Under the pieces are notes generated by a model. That model ran no database searches and was not told where the DNA came from. It worked only from the letters and a program-made list of their open reading frames with translations. Shown one piece after another: positions 18,666 to 28,936 of a DNA stretch of 64,000 nucleotides. The DNA lies in contig SYFY01000120.1 in the NCBI GenBank assembly GCA_005799745.1, positions 24,126-88,125 on the forward strand, read 5' to 3'. Numbering within the stretch: the stretch's first letter is position 1; every line of letters starts with the position of its first letter. The position numbers and the translations under genes are program-made. This DNA comes from Gammaproteobacteria bacterium (lineage in GTDB: Bacteria > Pseudomonadota > Gammaproteobacteria > Pseudomonadales > Azotimanducaceae).

Positions 18666-20290
18666 TTGGGCATGATGGAGATCTCCATGGGTTTGAAGTA
18701 CTCCATTTCCACATCGATGAGGTAAGGACCCTTCGCCGCCATGCCACGATCAACGGCGGCGGCGAACTCTTCCGGGCTCTTCACCCGCTCGCCGGGAACC
18801 CCAAGACTCTCGGCGAGCATCGCAAAGTTCATCTTGCCGATATCAGTTTCGTTGATACGGCCGAAACGTGTGTCTTGCAGCCAACGCAACACACCATATC
18901 CGTGATCGTTGAACACACACACGAGTAGCGGCAGTTGATATTGCGCAGCCGTGGCGAGTTCGGTGGCATGGAACATGAAGCCACCGTCTCCATGAACGAC
19001 GACGGTTTTCTTGCCGGTTGCAACCGCTGCACCTAAAGCAATCGGAAAGCCCGGTCCGATGGCACCTGAGGTCGGGTTCATCGACGTGCGCGGCTCGTAA
19101 ATCGGGAACAGCTGATTACCCCAGTTGTACGCCGAAATCGTCTGATCACGCACAAACAATCCATCACGTGGCAACGCGCTGCGCAGTTTGTCCATCACCT
19201 TCGGCCAATCGTCACCGAGGCGCTTACGCATCGCTTTGCGCAGCCCCTCACGCGAGGTCCACACCTTGTCATTGAACTGGGCATCGTTCCCCGATACGTC
19301 ACTGATGCGGCCAAGAATGGCTTCGATGGCGATCTTCGCATCCGCATGCACACCAAGATGGGCACGGTGTGTGCGGCCAATCATCGCCGGATCAATGTCG
19401 ATCTGAATGAGCTCGCCGGGTGGTGTCTGTTTTGCGAACTGGCCATCGACGCCGACGGCGAAACGTGTACCTATCGCAAGCGTGAGGTCCGCGTCACCAA
19501 TCGACTGATACATCCCGGCGCTGTTGTAGTAGTTGCCGACACAGAGCGCATGGTCTTCAGGCAGGCTGCCACGACCATCCACACTGGTGAGTACCGGGCA
19601 GTCGAGTTTTTCAGCGAGTGCTTTGAGCGCAGCACTCGCGCCTGCCGCGATCACACCACCACCCGCAACGATGACGCGACGCGACGATCGCTTGAGTTTT
19701 TCCGCGATCGCGTCGAACGCCGCGTCATTGCCAGGAAACTTAACCTGCCCCGGCTTTACAAAGACCGGGCGTGAGGTCTCGGCGTACTGCACATCAATCG
19801 GGATTTCCAGGGCGCCGGGCTGCGGTCGGCCGGTGAAAATGTCGTCCACAACCGCATTGAATGCATCGGCCAACTTATCAACGTGGCGTGGACTTTCAGC
19901 ACGGCGGCACACCGTACGCAACATCGGCAACTGATTCTCCGCTTCATGCACATAACCAAGCGCTTTGCCGTAAAACGCCGTCTCCGCTTGCCCGGTGATC
20001 ACTATCACACGCGAAGAACCGTATTGCGCTTCATAAAGACCCGTCACGGTATTGGTCGTACCCGGCCCGGTTGAGGCAATCATCACGCCGAGCTTTCCCG
20101 TCGCCCGCGAATAACCATCCGCCGCGTGAGTGCCCCCCTGTTCATGACGGACGTCGATGATCTTGGTCTTGCCGAGCCGGTTGATGGCATCAAATATAGG
20201 CATGTTGTGAATACTGACGATGCCGAACACATGTTCAACCCCGAGCGTTGCCAAGCCGTCGGCAATCAGATCTGCGCCGGTATAACTCAT
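18653..20290 (-). CDS. thiamine-diphosphate-dependent enzyme (acetolactate synthase large-subunit-like)
   Basis: N-terminal GADLIADGLATLGVEHVFG...HEQGGTHAADGYSR...STGPGTTN. ThDP-binding region GAIGPGFPIALGAA...HGDGGFMF. Confidence 0.9.
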   Translation of the reverse strand: MSYTGADLIADGLATLGVEHVFGIVSIHNMPIFDAINRLGKTKIIDVRHEQGGTHAADGYSRATGKLGVMIASTGPGTTNTVTGLYEAQYGSSRVIVITGQAETAFYGKALGYVHEAENQLPMLRTVCRRAESPRHVDKLADAFNAVVDDIFTGRPQPGALEIPIDVQYAETSRPVFVKPGQVKFPGNDAAFDAIAEKLKRSSRRVIVAGGGVIAAGASAALKALAEKLDCPVLTSVDGRGSLPEDHALCVGNYYNSAGMYQSIGDADLTLAIGTRFAVGVDGQFAKQTPPGELIQIDIDPAMIGRTHRAHLGVHADAKIAIEAILGRISDVSGNDAQFNDKVWTSREGLRKAMRKRLGDDWPKVMDKLRSALPRDGLFVRDQTISAYNWGNQLFPIYEPRTSMNPTSGAIGPGFPIALGAAVATGKKTVVVHGDGGFMFHATELATAAQYQLPLLVCVFNDHGYGVLRWLQDTRFGRINETDIGKMNFAMLAESLGVPGERVKSPEEFAAAVDRGMAAKGPYLIDVEMEYFKPMEISIMPKKKN

Positions 20291-20328
20291 CCTCTAATCT
20301 CCAGAGAAAAAACTAGATAACGACTGAA

Positions 20329-21453
20329 CTATGCGGCTTGCGGTAGCGCCGACAGGTTGATGTGGTAAAGGTCGGCGACGTTGCCGCAAAGAATTGCCTG
20401 AGTCTGCTCAGATGTCAGGTGTTTCGTTTGTTCACCCAGCATCTCCTGCGACCACGGCCAGGTGGAATCGCTGTGCGGGAAATCATTGGCCCACATAAGG
20501 CGTTTCCAGTTCATGTCGTTGGCTTGTTTAAACGCCACCCAGTCATCCTGGAACGTGGTGTAGATATGTTCGCTGAAATACTCCGACGGAAGCTTCGCGA
20601 GCTTCACGCCTTTGCCGAGCCAGTTGATGTGGCGCTTGAACGCGTGGTCCATACGATAGAGGTAATGCGGCACCCAGCCTGCATCTGCCTCAACACAACA
20701 CACCTTAAGCGCGGGATAACGCTCGAATACACCACCAAAGATGAGCGTACCCATGATGTCCTGGTTGCCACGAATGATGCTCAGGAAGCTGTTGAGGCGT
20801 GGGCCTCGCACCTGACCACCCCCACGTGAGGTGAGGATGTGGAACGACACCGGCAGGTCGAGGTTGATCGCTTCCTCCCACACCGGATTCCAAATTTCCG
20901 AATCAAAATCTTCAGTGCCCGGGTTACCGGACATCATCACGCCAGGCAAGCCGAGGCGTTTGATATCTCTAAGGTCAGCAATGGTCGACGCAGGATCCGT
21001 TGCCGCGGTCTGCCCGCATCCGAGCAATCGCTTGGGCTCGTGTGAACAGTATTCGGCTATCCAACGGTTGTATGCCGCGAAACAGGCATCCTTGTAGGCA
21101 AAGTCTTTATGGTTGCAGAGCAACATGCCGACGGACGGATAGATCACTTCCGCAGCCACGCCATCTCGATCCTGCTCACCAAGCCGAGCGGTGGGGTCCC
21201 AACCGCCGCGATGTAACGACTCAAATGACTCACCGCTCTCATTGATTTCTTCAGGTTTTTTTCCTGCAGCAGCGATCAGGCTCATGGAAATGGGACGGTC
21301 CATACCATCGATCACAAACAAGGCGCCTTTCTCCGCGGAATGCACCATGCGAGGTGCCTTGTCCTTCCACTTGGCGTCGATGTAGTTAATGTAGGTGTCA
21401 GGATGTTCTGTGATGTGTGAATCGGCGGAAATGACCGGAAATCCGAAGCCCAT
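20329..21453 (-). CDS. amidohydrolase-2 (ACMSD-like) family protein
   Basis: ISADSHITEHPD..., ...WANDFPHSDSTWPWS. The ATG at 21453 is preceded by GGGAGGAGAG. The track start at 21471 (TTG) reads through this Shine-Dalgarno. Confidence 0.85.
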   Translation of the reverse strand: MGFGFPVISADSHITEHPDTYINYIDAKWKDKAPRMVHSAEKGALFVIDGMDRPISMSLIAAAGKKPEEINESGESFESLHRGGWDPTARLGEQDRDGVAAEVIYPSVGMLLCNHKDFAYKDACFAAYNRWIAEYCSHEPKRLLGCGQTAATDPASTIADLRDIKRLGLPGVMMSGNPGTEDFDSEIWNPVWEEAINLDLPVSFHILTSRGGGQVRGPRLNSFLSIIRGNQDIMGTLIFGGVFERYPALKVCCVEADAGWVPHYLYRMDHAFKRHINWLGKGVKLAKLPSEYFSEHIYTTFQDDWVAFKQANDMNWKRLMWANDFPHSDSTWPWSQEMLGEQTKHLTSEQTQAILCGNVADLYHINLSALPQAA

Positions 21454-21575
21454 GATTGTCTCTCCTCCCAACTATTGCCAAAACAGTTTCAACCCCACTA
21501 TCCGAGGACCATTGAAACCCGTCAAGGCGCAGATGGACGATACGCACCCGCATCTATTGTCTACAGGAGAAATCC

Positions 21576-22046
21576 ATGGCGCTCACTGAAGGGAAAGCCG
21601 CCCCGGCATTCACCTTGCCTGATCAGGACGGTAACAAGGTCAGCCTCAAGGACTTCAAAGGTCAAAAAGTCATCCTCTACTTCTACCCCAAAGACGACAC
21701 GCCCGGTTGTACCAAAGAAGCCTGCGGCTTTCGGGACAATTGGTCGGTGCTGGAAAAAACCGGGTGCACCGTCATCGGCGTTTCACCTGATAAACCCGAA
21801 CGCCACGTGAAGTTTCGGGAGAAGTACAACTTACCCTTCACGCTACTTTCCGACCCCGAGCACACCTTGCTCGAAAAGTACGGTGCCTGGGGCGAGAAGC
21901 TGATGTACGGCAAGCCGGTGACGGGGGTCATTCGCTCCACCGTGTTGATCGGCGAAGACGGCAAGGTGCTTAAACACTGGGCCAAGGTCGCGAAGGCAGA
22001 AACGCATCCGGTGCAGGTGCTGGAGTATGTAAAAAGTCTCGATTGA
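21576..22046 (+). CDS. bcp: thioredoxin-dependent thiol peroxidase (peroxiredoxin Bcp)
   Basis: [42 protein letters not shown]. Confidence 0.9.
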   Translation: MALTEGKAAPAFTLPDQDGNKVSLKDFKGQKVILYFYPKDDTPGCTKEACGFRDNWSVLEKTGCTVIGVSPDKPERHVKFREKYNLPFTLLSDPEHTLLEKYGAWGEKLMYGKPVTGVIRSTVLIGEDGKVLKHWAKVAKAETHPVQVLEYVKSLD

Positions 22047-22119
22047 CGGCGGTTGTAGCCGCCTCCCAAGACGCTGTGCCAAACTCCGGCTCCAACTTCA
22101 GGGCAACAAGGGAGCATAT

Positions 22120-23355
22120 ATGAAGTTCGGCATTTTTTACGAACATCAGCTGCCACGCGACTGGGACCAGTTCAGCGAACACAAACTGATCAAGAACTCT
22201 CTCGACCAGATCGAGCTCGCCGATAAACTCGGTTTCGACTACGCCTGGGAAGTGGAACACCACTTCCTTGAAGAATATTCCCACTCGGCTGCACCGGAAG
22301 TTTTCCTCGCCGCAGCAAGCCAGCGCACGAAGAACATCCGTTTGGGTCACGGCATTATTCAGCTGACCACAAACCACCCAGCGCGTGTTGCCGAAAAAGT
22401 AGCCACCCTCGATCTGGTATCCGATGGTCGCGTCGAACTTGGGTTAGGCGAAGGTTCTTCAGTGACTGAGCTGCATCCTTTCAACCTGCGTTTTCGCGAC
22501 AAGCGCGACATCTGGGAAGATGCGGTGCGTTGCACGCTGCCGATGTTCTACAACCACGGTTGGGAATACGAAGGCAAGTACTTCCACTTCCCGAAACGGG
22601 CAGTGATTCCAAAGCCGTTGCAGAAGCCGCACCCGCCGCTGTGGGTTGCGTGCTCTCAGCTCGACACCATCAAATACACCGCACATCGCGGCATGGGTGC
22701 GCTGTGTTTCAAGTTCGTCGACCTCAACTCGGCACGCGCCTGGGTGAACGCCTACTACAACACCTATCTGAATCACCTAGAGAAACTCACGGATTACCAA
22801 ACCAATCCGAACATCGCCGTGGTCGGTGGGTTCATGTGTGCGAAGACCGACGAAGAAGCCTGGCAGAAGGCGGATGGTTGGACGTTCTTCCAATTCGCGC
22901 TCTCGCTCTACAACAAGGAAGGTCCGTTTGAGCCAGGAGAGATGAACATCTGGAAGCGCTATGAAGAGTGGCGGCAGACGCCTGCGGGCCAACGTCGTTC
23001 GGGTTCAGAGCTTATCGGCTCCCCAGAGACGATTCGGCAGCGGCTGCGCGAACTGCGTGACGCCAACGTCGATCAGGTGATCCTGCTCAATCAGGCTGGC
23101 ACGAACACCCACCAGGACATCTGTGAGAGCCTTGAACTCTTCGCTAAAGAAGTGATGCCGGAATTCCACGATGATGAAGCCAATCATCAAGCGTGGAAGA
23201 AGAAAGTGCTAAATCGCGAGATCGTGCTTGAGGACATCGATACGGAACCCTTTAACTTCGCGCGGGGCCGAGAGCCCACCAAGAAAGCTACGGGCGAAGC
23301 GCACGACATGATTGCAGGCGTGACCGGGCGACACACATCACAGAAAGTTTCCTGA
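22120..23355 (+). CDS. LLM-class flavin-dependent (luciferase-like) oxidoreductase
   Basis: MKFGIFYEHQLPR..., LGFDYAWEVEHHFLEEYSHS, ATLDLVSDGRVELGLGEG. RBS AGGGAG. Confidence 0.85.
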   Translation: MKFGIFYEHQLPRDWDQFSEHKLIKNSLDQIELADKLGFDYAWEVEHHFLEEYSHSAAPEVFLAAASQRTKNIRLGHGIIQLTTNHPARVAEKVATLDLVSDGRVELGLGEGSSVTELHPFNLRFRDKRDIWEDAVRCTLPMFYNHGWEYEGKYFHFPKRAVIPKPLQKPHPPLWVACSQLDTIKYTAHRGMGALCFKFVDLNSARAWVNAYYNTYLNHLEKLTDYQTNPNIAVVGGFMCAKTDEEAWQKADGWTFFQFALSLYNKEGPFEPGEMNIWKRYEEWRQTPAGQRRSGSELIGSPETIRQRLRELRDANVDQVILLNQAGTNTHQDICESLELFAKEVMPEFHDDEANHQAWKKKVLNREIVLEDIDTEPFNFARGREPTKKATGEAHDMIAGVTGRHTSQKVS

Positions 23356-23401
23356 TCGGAACCAAACGAACACGTAACAAGAGAACGAACCGGAGTCATT
23401 G

Positions 23402-24772
23402 ATGATGACTTTACGTTTACCGATAATGCTCGCAGCACTCCTGCTGACGATGCTGACCACGGGACTGCAGGCGAAGGATCTGCCGGAAGTTAAGCCCGCA
23501 GCGGAAGGATTTTCTGCAGAGCGCCTGGCGCGAATTGACGTATACATGAAGCAGGCGGTGAAAGACGGCGTGATGGTAGGTGGACATGGCCTCATCGCTC
23601 GCAACGGCAACGTCGTCTACAGCGAGACTTGGGGCGACCGCGACCGCGAACGTGGTCTGGATATGGAGGAAGACACCCTTCACCGCATCTACTCGATGTC
23701 GAAGCCGGTCACTGGCGTCGCACTCATGATCCTCTACGAGGAAGGCAAATTCCTGCTGAACGAACCCGTTGCCAAGTACTTGCCTGAGCTTGCCAATCTG
23801 CAGGTGGCTTTGTCCACAGCCGGCGGTGGCGTCACCGCAGTGAGTGATGGCACGCAGAGCACTTCAACGGGCGCGGGTGATACGTCACAAGCTGGCAAGA
23901 CCCGTGCGCCGACTCGTCAGCCCACCATTCGTGATCTGATGATGCACACCGCCGGTATGACCTACGGCGTTTTTGGCGACACCGAAGTGGATGGTCTCTA
24001 TCGTGAAGCGGGCATCCTCCGGCATCCTGATCTCAACGACTTCATCACCAAGCTTGGCAAGCTGCCGCTGCAATACGATCCGGGTACCCGCTGGCACTAT
24101 TCTGTATCGGTGGACGTGCAAGGTGCACTGGTCGAACGTCTGGCTGGCATGAGCTTTGGCAAATTCCTTGAATCACGCCTGTTCAAGCCACTCGGGATGG
24201 AAGACACCTCGTTCACCGTACCAAAGCGCAAGCTGAAGCGCCTCGCACAGTTGTATACGCAAGAAGGTACTCCCGGTGAAATGCAGACAGCCTTTCGCAC
24301 ACAGGTCAACTCCACCAAGCTCGTACCTGCGCCTGACGCGGTTAGCGCCGGCTACATGGAAGGCGCCACGTTCGAAGGTGGTGGTGGTGGTCTGGTATCA
24401 ACCACATCTGACTACCTGAAATTCAGCCAAATGATGTTGAACGGTGGTGAGCTGAACGGCGTGCGCATTCTGTCGCCAAACACCGTCGCGCTCATGAGCC
24501 GTGATCACCTCGGTGAGCTGCAGATGGGTTTCGCGCGCGGCGGAGTTGGCTTCGGTCTTGATTTCGCGGTCGTTGAAGACGCCGGGCTCGCGGGCGAAGC
24601 CGGGTCTGATGGCGAGTACAACTGGGGCGGCGCGGCAGGCACTCGCTTCTGGATCGACCCGAAAGAAGATGTGATCGGAATCTTCATGGTGCAGAGCATT
24701 CCGCACAGAACCACGCTCGCACAGCACTTCAAGGCGCTAGTCTATCAGGCGATGGAAACGTCCAAGGACTGA
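23402..24772 (+). CDS. serine hydrolase (beta-lactamase/esterase family, exported)
   Basis: Signal peptide. SxxK motif in IYSMSKPVTGVALMIL. About 456 aa. Confidence 0.85.
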   Translation: MMTLRLPIMLAALLLTMLTTGLQAKDLPEVKPAAEGFSAERLARIDVYMKQAVKDGVMVGGHGLIARNGNVVYSETWGDRDRERGLDMEEDTLHRIYSMSKPVTGVALMILYEEGKFLLNEPVAKYLPELANLQVALSTAGGGVTAVSDGTQSTSTGAGDTSQAGKTRAPTRQPTIRDLMMHTAGMTYGVFGDTEVDGLYREAGILRHPDLNDFITKLGKLPLQYDPGTRWHYSVSVDVQGALVERLAGMSFGKFLESRLFKPLGMEDTSFTVPKRKLKRLAQLYTQEGTPGEMQTAFRTQVNSTKLVPAPDAVSAGYMEGATFEGGGGGLVSTTSDYLKFSQMMLNGGELNGVRILSPNTVALMSRDHLGELQMGFARGGVGFGLDFAVVEDAGLAGEAGSDGEYNWGGAAGTRFWIDPKEDVIGIFMVQSIPHRTTLAQHFKALVYQAMETSKD

Positions 24773-24781
24773 TACCAGCGC

Positions 24782-24806
24782 AAAAAAAGCCCGCATCGAT
24801 GCGGGC
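24782..24806 (-). terminator. Rho-independent terminator (U-tract on the minus strand, A-tract on the plus strand)
   Basis: aaaaaaa GCCCGC atcgat GCGGGC. On the minus strand the hairpin is followed by TTTTTTT. Confidence 0.7.
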
Positions 24807-25362
24807 CTGGCGCTCACCAGGTAACCCTCCTCAACCCGGTGGTCCACTGCTGACAATCCTTGTACGGGGCGCGCAAGCACTGTGTGGCAGCAACCCTTCG
24901 CAGGACTATTGAGAATTACTTAACCGTTTTTTTGCAGTAGCTGTGTGAACTTCGCTTCCCGGCGAGTGCTGCACGTACGTGACGAAGCGGGCTGCTTCCT
25001 TGCAACGATCTGCTGACCTGTAGTCGGGCGAACGTCATTCAACGTTTCGCAATTCGGCGGCACCACTTTGCTCACGTCAAATTCCAACAACGCACCACCT
25101 TCAGCATTCTTCACTTCCGCAAAGTCGGTACCAGTGGGATTACACCTTGGTGCACGCGCAACCGGTCGATTGTTTGTTCATACCGCGCCTTCTCATCTCG
25201 TCGTAACGACTCCGCGAAAGCAGAAACGCAATCGTCAGTAGTGCCAGTACAAATGAAATCGAGCTATGGGCCACGTAGTTGCGACGGCGACGGTCATGGG
25301 TTTGCATGCACAAAGGCTATGCAACACCCGTGAAGTTCTCGTGAAGCGAGAACTCGCGAAGG

Positions 25363-26196
25363 CTAAACCAGGTTCAGCGCTTTGAACGCGGCAGTGACTT
25401 CTTCGTGACGTGAGTTTACATCGTTCAGGATGTAGCCCTGAGTTGGAATAAAGAAGAGCCCTTTGTTCAATCCTTCAAGCGCAATCCGCCCGCATTCATC
25501 ACAGGAAATGAACCGTTGTCGCAGCATCGATTCCGCATGTGGTGGAATGACGTTATGTAGCGGGTCATCCGGGCCAACCTTTTCGAGCGCATCAAACGTC
25601 GACTTCAAACTCTCCGTCAACACCGGACCCGGCATCAACAAACTCACAGACACACCGGTGCCCCGAAGCTCGTAACGTAACCATTCAGCCGTGACTAGAA
25701 GTGCATGTTTGGTGGCGCCATAGATGCCCATCTTGAGCTCAGCGTTATCAGGCGGCATGACCAACGAGTTTTCAGAACCCGTAAACATGATGTGGCCTTC
25801 GCCGCCGCGCGACTGCACACGCTTCACATAGGCCTGGGTGAGCCAGAGGTTGCCGAAGTAGTTGAGGTTGAATTGCCCCAGACAATCGTCAGGCGTGCAA
25901 TCGAGCAGCCGTTTCATCAGACCAGAGCCTGCGTTGGCAAAAATCACATCGAGCCGACCTTCACGCGCAAAGATGTCATCAAGCAGTACAGCGCTGGCTG
26001 CCGCATCAGTCACATCCGCTTTGACGCGGCGTATCAAGCCGATGGTGGACAGTTCTTTTTCCGTCGCATTACCCACCGCATCGTCGAGATTCGTGAGGAC
26101 CACACGGGCACCGGCCTTGAGGGCCTGTCGCGCGATACCTTTGCCGATGCCTTGAGCGCCACCCGTCACGAGGACGACCTTCCCCTTTATATCCAT
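25363..26196 (-). CDS. SDR family oxidoreductase
   Basis: VVLVTGGAQGIGKG, NAG, catalytic YGATK. Confidence 0.9.
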   Translation of the reverse strand: MDIKGKVVLVTGGAQGIGKGIARQALKAGARVVLTNLDDAVGNATEKELSTIGLIRRVKADVTDAAASAVLLDDIFAREGRLDVIFANAGSGLMKRLLDCTPDDCLGQFNLNYFGNLWLTQAYVKRVQSRGGEGHIMFTGSENSLVMPPDNAELKMGIYGATKHALLVTAEWLRYELRGTGVSVSLLMPGPVLTESLKSTFDALEKVGPDDPLHNVIPPHAESMLRQRFISCDECGRIALEGLNKGLFFIPTQGYILNDVNSRHEEVTAAFKALNLV

Positions 26197-26197
26197 G

Positions 26198-26503
26198 TCA
26201 GGACCTCACTGGCTCGAAGGCGTATTGCACTGCAGCGCGTCCTGAGATCGCCGGAATCAGATGTCCCTGAATCAGATCAACATGTTGTGGATAGGAGGCG
26301 TAGGTCAGGTAGTCGTCCTTGTTGTCGAAGTCGGCAACGACGACGTGATCCCAGTTGCCTTCGCGCAAACCGGCATCGGGTCCGTGGGCGAAGGCTTTGA
26401 CGAAGGACAACTTGGCGAGTCCATCAAAGCCATGGAAGAGTTCCTGACGCTGCGCGTCGGTGGTTTCTGGCTTCCATTTGAACATGACACAGTGACGAAA
26501 CAT
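26198..26503 (-). CDS. Dabb (stress-responsive dimeric alpha/beta barrel) family protein
   Basis: MFRHCVMFKWKPETT...AFAHG...WDHVVVADFDNKDDYLTYASYPQH. Its stop lies 1 nt before the SDR start. The track start at 26518 is an upstream alternative. Confidence 0.8.
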   Translation of the reverse strand: MFRHCVMFKWKPETTDAQRQELFHGFDGLAKLSFVKAFAHGPDAGLREGNWDHVVVADFDNKDDYLTYASYPQHVDLIQGHLIPAISGRAAVQYAFEPVRS

Positions 26504-26587
26504 CTCCGAACCCCGCAATGAACTGGGTTCGGAAGGTAGCGGGTTGAACGGGATTTGTCGAAGCTGGAGGAGTGTCGGAGAGCGGTT

Positions 26588-27433
26588 TTAGTCCCGCACC
26601 ACCCGATTCGACAATACCCCAATGGGCTTGACCTCAATCTCGATCAGGTCACCTTCATCCATAAACACCGGTGGTTTACGTGCAGAGCCGACACCACCCG
26701 GCGTGCCGGTGACGATCACATCACCAGGTACCAGTTCGACGAAGGTCGAACAATAAACAATCAGTTCCGCAAACCCGAACACCAGCTGTGAGGTCTTCGC
26801 GTTCTGCATGACGTTGCCGTTGAGGCGCGTCGTCAATTCGAGGGCGTCGAGATCACCGACTTCATCGGTTGTCATCATCCACGGTCCGAATCCACCCGTT
26901 GAAGCGAAGTTCTTGCCGGGCGTGAACTGCGAGGTGTTGCGCTGGTACTCGCGGACGCTGCCGTCGTTGTAAATGCTGAAACCAGCGACGTGTTCGAGGG
27001 CTCTCTCTTTCGCGATGCGACGTCCTGCCTTGCCGATGATCATCGCGACCTCACCTTCGTAATCCAGGGTGTTGGATTCACGTGGCCTGATCATCGGTGC
27101 CTTGTGGCCCATTTGTGCCCCAGCGAATCGCACGAAGATGGTTGGATACGCTTCGCCACCACGACCCGTCTCTTCCTGGTGCGCCTTGTAGTTCAGGCCA
27201 ACGCAGAGAATCTTGTCGGGATTGGTGATGGTCGGCAGCCAGGTAATCGCATCCAGCGGAATCCCAGTTTCACCACGCGATGCCAAGGCGAGGCCATTCA
27301 GCGCGTTGGCAGCAATCGCAGATTTCAGGTCGGCGTACTGACCACGTGTACCAACATCAATAACCGCGTCACCGCTGGCCGACACCATGCCAAAACTGGC
27401 ACGTCCTTGATATGCGAATGTCAGCCAGCGCAC
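26588..27433 (-). CDS. fumarylacetoacetate hydrolase (FAH) family protein
   Basis: KILCVGLNYKAH, LDYEGEVAMIIGK, PGDVIVTGTPGGVG. Confidence 0.9.
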   Translation of the reverse strand: MRWLTFAYQGRASFGMVSASGDAVIDVGTRGQYADLKSAIAANALNGLALASRGETGIPLDAITWLPTITNPDKILCVGLNYKAHQEETGRGGEAYPTIFVRFAGAQMGHKAPMIRPRESNTLDYEGEVAMIIGKAGRRIAKERALEHVAGFSIYNDGSVREYQRNTSQFTPGKNFASTGGFGPWMMTTDEVGDLDALELTTRLNGNVMQNAKTSQLVFGFAELIVYCSTFVELVPGDVIVTGTPGGVGSARKPPVFMDEGDLIEIEVKPIGVLSNRVVRD

Positions 27434-27457
27434 TGGACTCTCCCCTTTTCGAGATCG

Positions 27458-28540
27458 TTAGTTGAACATAATCACGCTGCGTGCCACTTCGCCCGTTCCG
27501 AGGGCAGCGAACGCATCGTTGATGTCTTCCAGCTTGATGCGACGAGATACCAGGTCATCGAGATGCAGACGACCTTGCAGGTAGTAGTCCACAAAGCGTG
27601 GCATATCCACGCGGAACCGGTTGGAACCCATCATGCTGCCCTGAATCTTCTTCTCGAAAAGGAATTCCATGCCGTGCACAGAGACCATCTGCCCCGGCGG
27701 AATCATGCCGATGACGGTCGCGGTGCCGCCATTTCGCAGCATCTGGAAGGCTTGTTCTGCCGTGGCCTTGAGGCCAATCGCTTCGAACGAATAATGCACG
27801 CCACCACCGGTGAGTTCTTTCACTTCACCCACAGCGTCTTTCTCTTTGGCGTTAACCACATCGGTCGCACCGAACTTACGTGCGAGCTCAAGCTTCGAAG
27901 GCACCATATCAACGGCGATGATGCGGGATGCACCAGCGATGGCCGCACCGTTGATGGCGGAAAGGCCGATGCCACCACAGCCGATGACGGCAACCGTTGC
28001 ACCGGGTTCAACTTTGGCGGTGTGGAACACGGCGCCCATTCCCGTCATCACGCCACAACCGATCAACGCTGCGCGGTCCATCGGCATGTCGGGGCGAATC
28101 TTCACCACGGCATGTTCGTGCACGAGCAGTTGTTCAGCATACGAACCAAGGTTCGCGAACTGCTGGAGTGGCTGCGCATTTTGCGAAAGTCGTGGCGGCT
28201 GTTCTTTCTGCCGCCTGGTTTCTGGTTCCTGACACAGGGACATGTGGCCCGTGAGGCAATATTCACAGTGGCCGCAGAAGACTGAGAGACAGGTGATGAC
28301 GTGATCACCTGGCTTCACGTAGTGCACGTCGCTACCAACGGCTTCAACCACACCAGCACTTTCGTGACCGAGCACCATCGGTACAGCACCCGGATACGTG
28401 CCATTCCAGAAGTGCAAGTCGCTGTGACACACACCGGCAGCGGAGGTTCGGATTAACACTTCGCGTGGGCCCGGCTTGTCGATACGAATGTCTTCGATCG
28501 CCATGGGCTTGTTCACTTCACGGAATACTGCAGCTTTCAT
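27458..28540 (-). CDS. zinc-dependent alcohol dehydrogenase
   Basis: AAGVCHSDLH, GHESAGVVEAVG, structural-zinc lobe CGHCEYCLTGHMSLC, GxGxxG region VAVIGCGGIGLS. Confidence 0.9.
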   Translation of the reverse strand: MKAAVFREVNKPMAIEDIRIDKPGPREVLIRTSAAGVCHSDLHFWNGTYPGAVPMVLGHESAGVVEAVGSDVHYVKPGDHVITCLSVFCGHCEYCLTGHMSLCQEPETRRQKEQPPRLSQNAQPLQQFANLGSYAEQLLVHEHAVVKIRPDMPMDRAALIGCGVMTGMGAVFHTAKVEPGATVAVIGCGGIGLSAINGAAIAGASRIIAVDMVPSKLELARKFGATDVVNAKEKDAVGEVKELTGGGVHYSFEAIGLKATAEQAFQMLRNGGTATVIGMIPPGQMVSVHGMEFLFEKKIQGSMMGSNRFRVDMPRFVDYYLQGRLHLDDLVSRRIKLEDINDAFAALGTGEVARSVIMFN

Positions 28541-28680
28541 TTTGTCCCTCTCATCCCCGGGGTAAATACACGACTGAAGTTTGCCAACCTCGCCCGTGAA
28601 AGACTACGGCTGATTCGATCTCATTGAGCGTCTTCAATCAGTGCTGGCGCTCTATCGGCAGGACTGTATATAACTACAGC

Positions 28681-28929
28681 ATGCAAATTCTGGCCGAACT
28701 CATCCCCGCGTTTCGCTTATATGGCGTGTGTATTCCGTGCGAACGAATGGAACTGCTCGATCTCGGAGCGTTGGTGCAATCCCTCGGACGCGGCGCAACG
28801 GTGAGTGAGGTGCGTATGCGACTGCGTTGTACGCAGTGTGGGGTGCGCCGACCAGACCTGCGGGTGGTCTATGTCGGCGCGGATGCGGAGGCGAGCTCGT
28901 TTAGCTATCGGCGCGACGGCGTTTTATAG
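28681..28929 (+). CDS. small hypothetical protein with paired Cys motifs
   Basis: From the internal ATG of track ORF 28624..28929: CIPCERM...LRCTQCGVRRPDL (two CxxC). No family recognised. Confidence 0.35.
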   Translation: MQILAELIPAFRLYGVCIPCERMELLDLGALVQSLGRGATVSEVRMRLRCTQCGVRRPDLRVVYVGADAEASSFSYRRDGVL

Positions 28930-28936
28930 CTGTCGA

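Noticed and set aside
26990-28285. Long + strand ORF of 431 aa. Similar long antisense ORFs occur at 369..911, 11425..12324, 25705..26400, 40739..41422, 49330..50019, 51198..51782 and 52415..53236.
   Set aside because: All lie exactly antisense to strongly family-like genes and have Arg/His/Cys/Trp-rich, low-complexity translations. They are typical shadow ORFs of GC-rich DNA.
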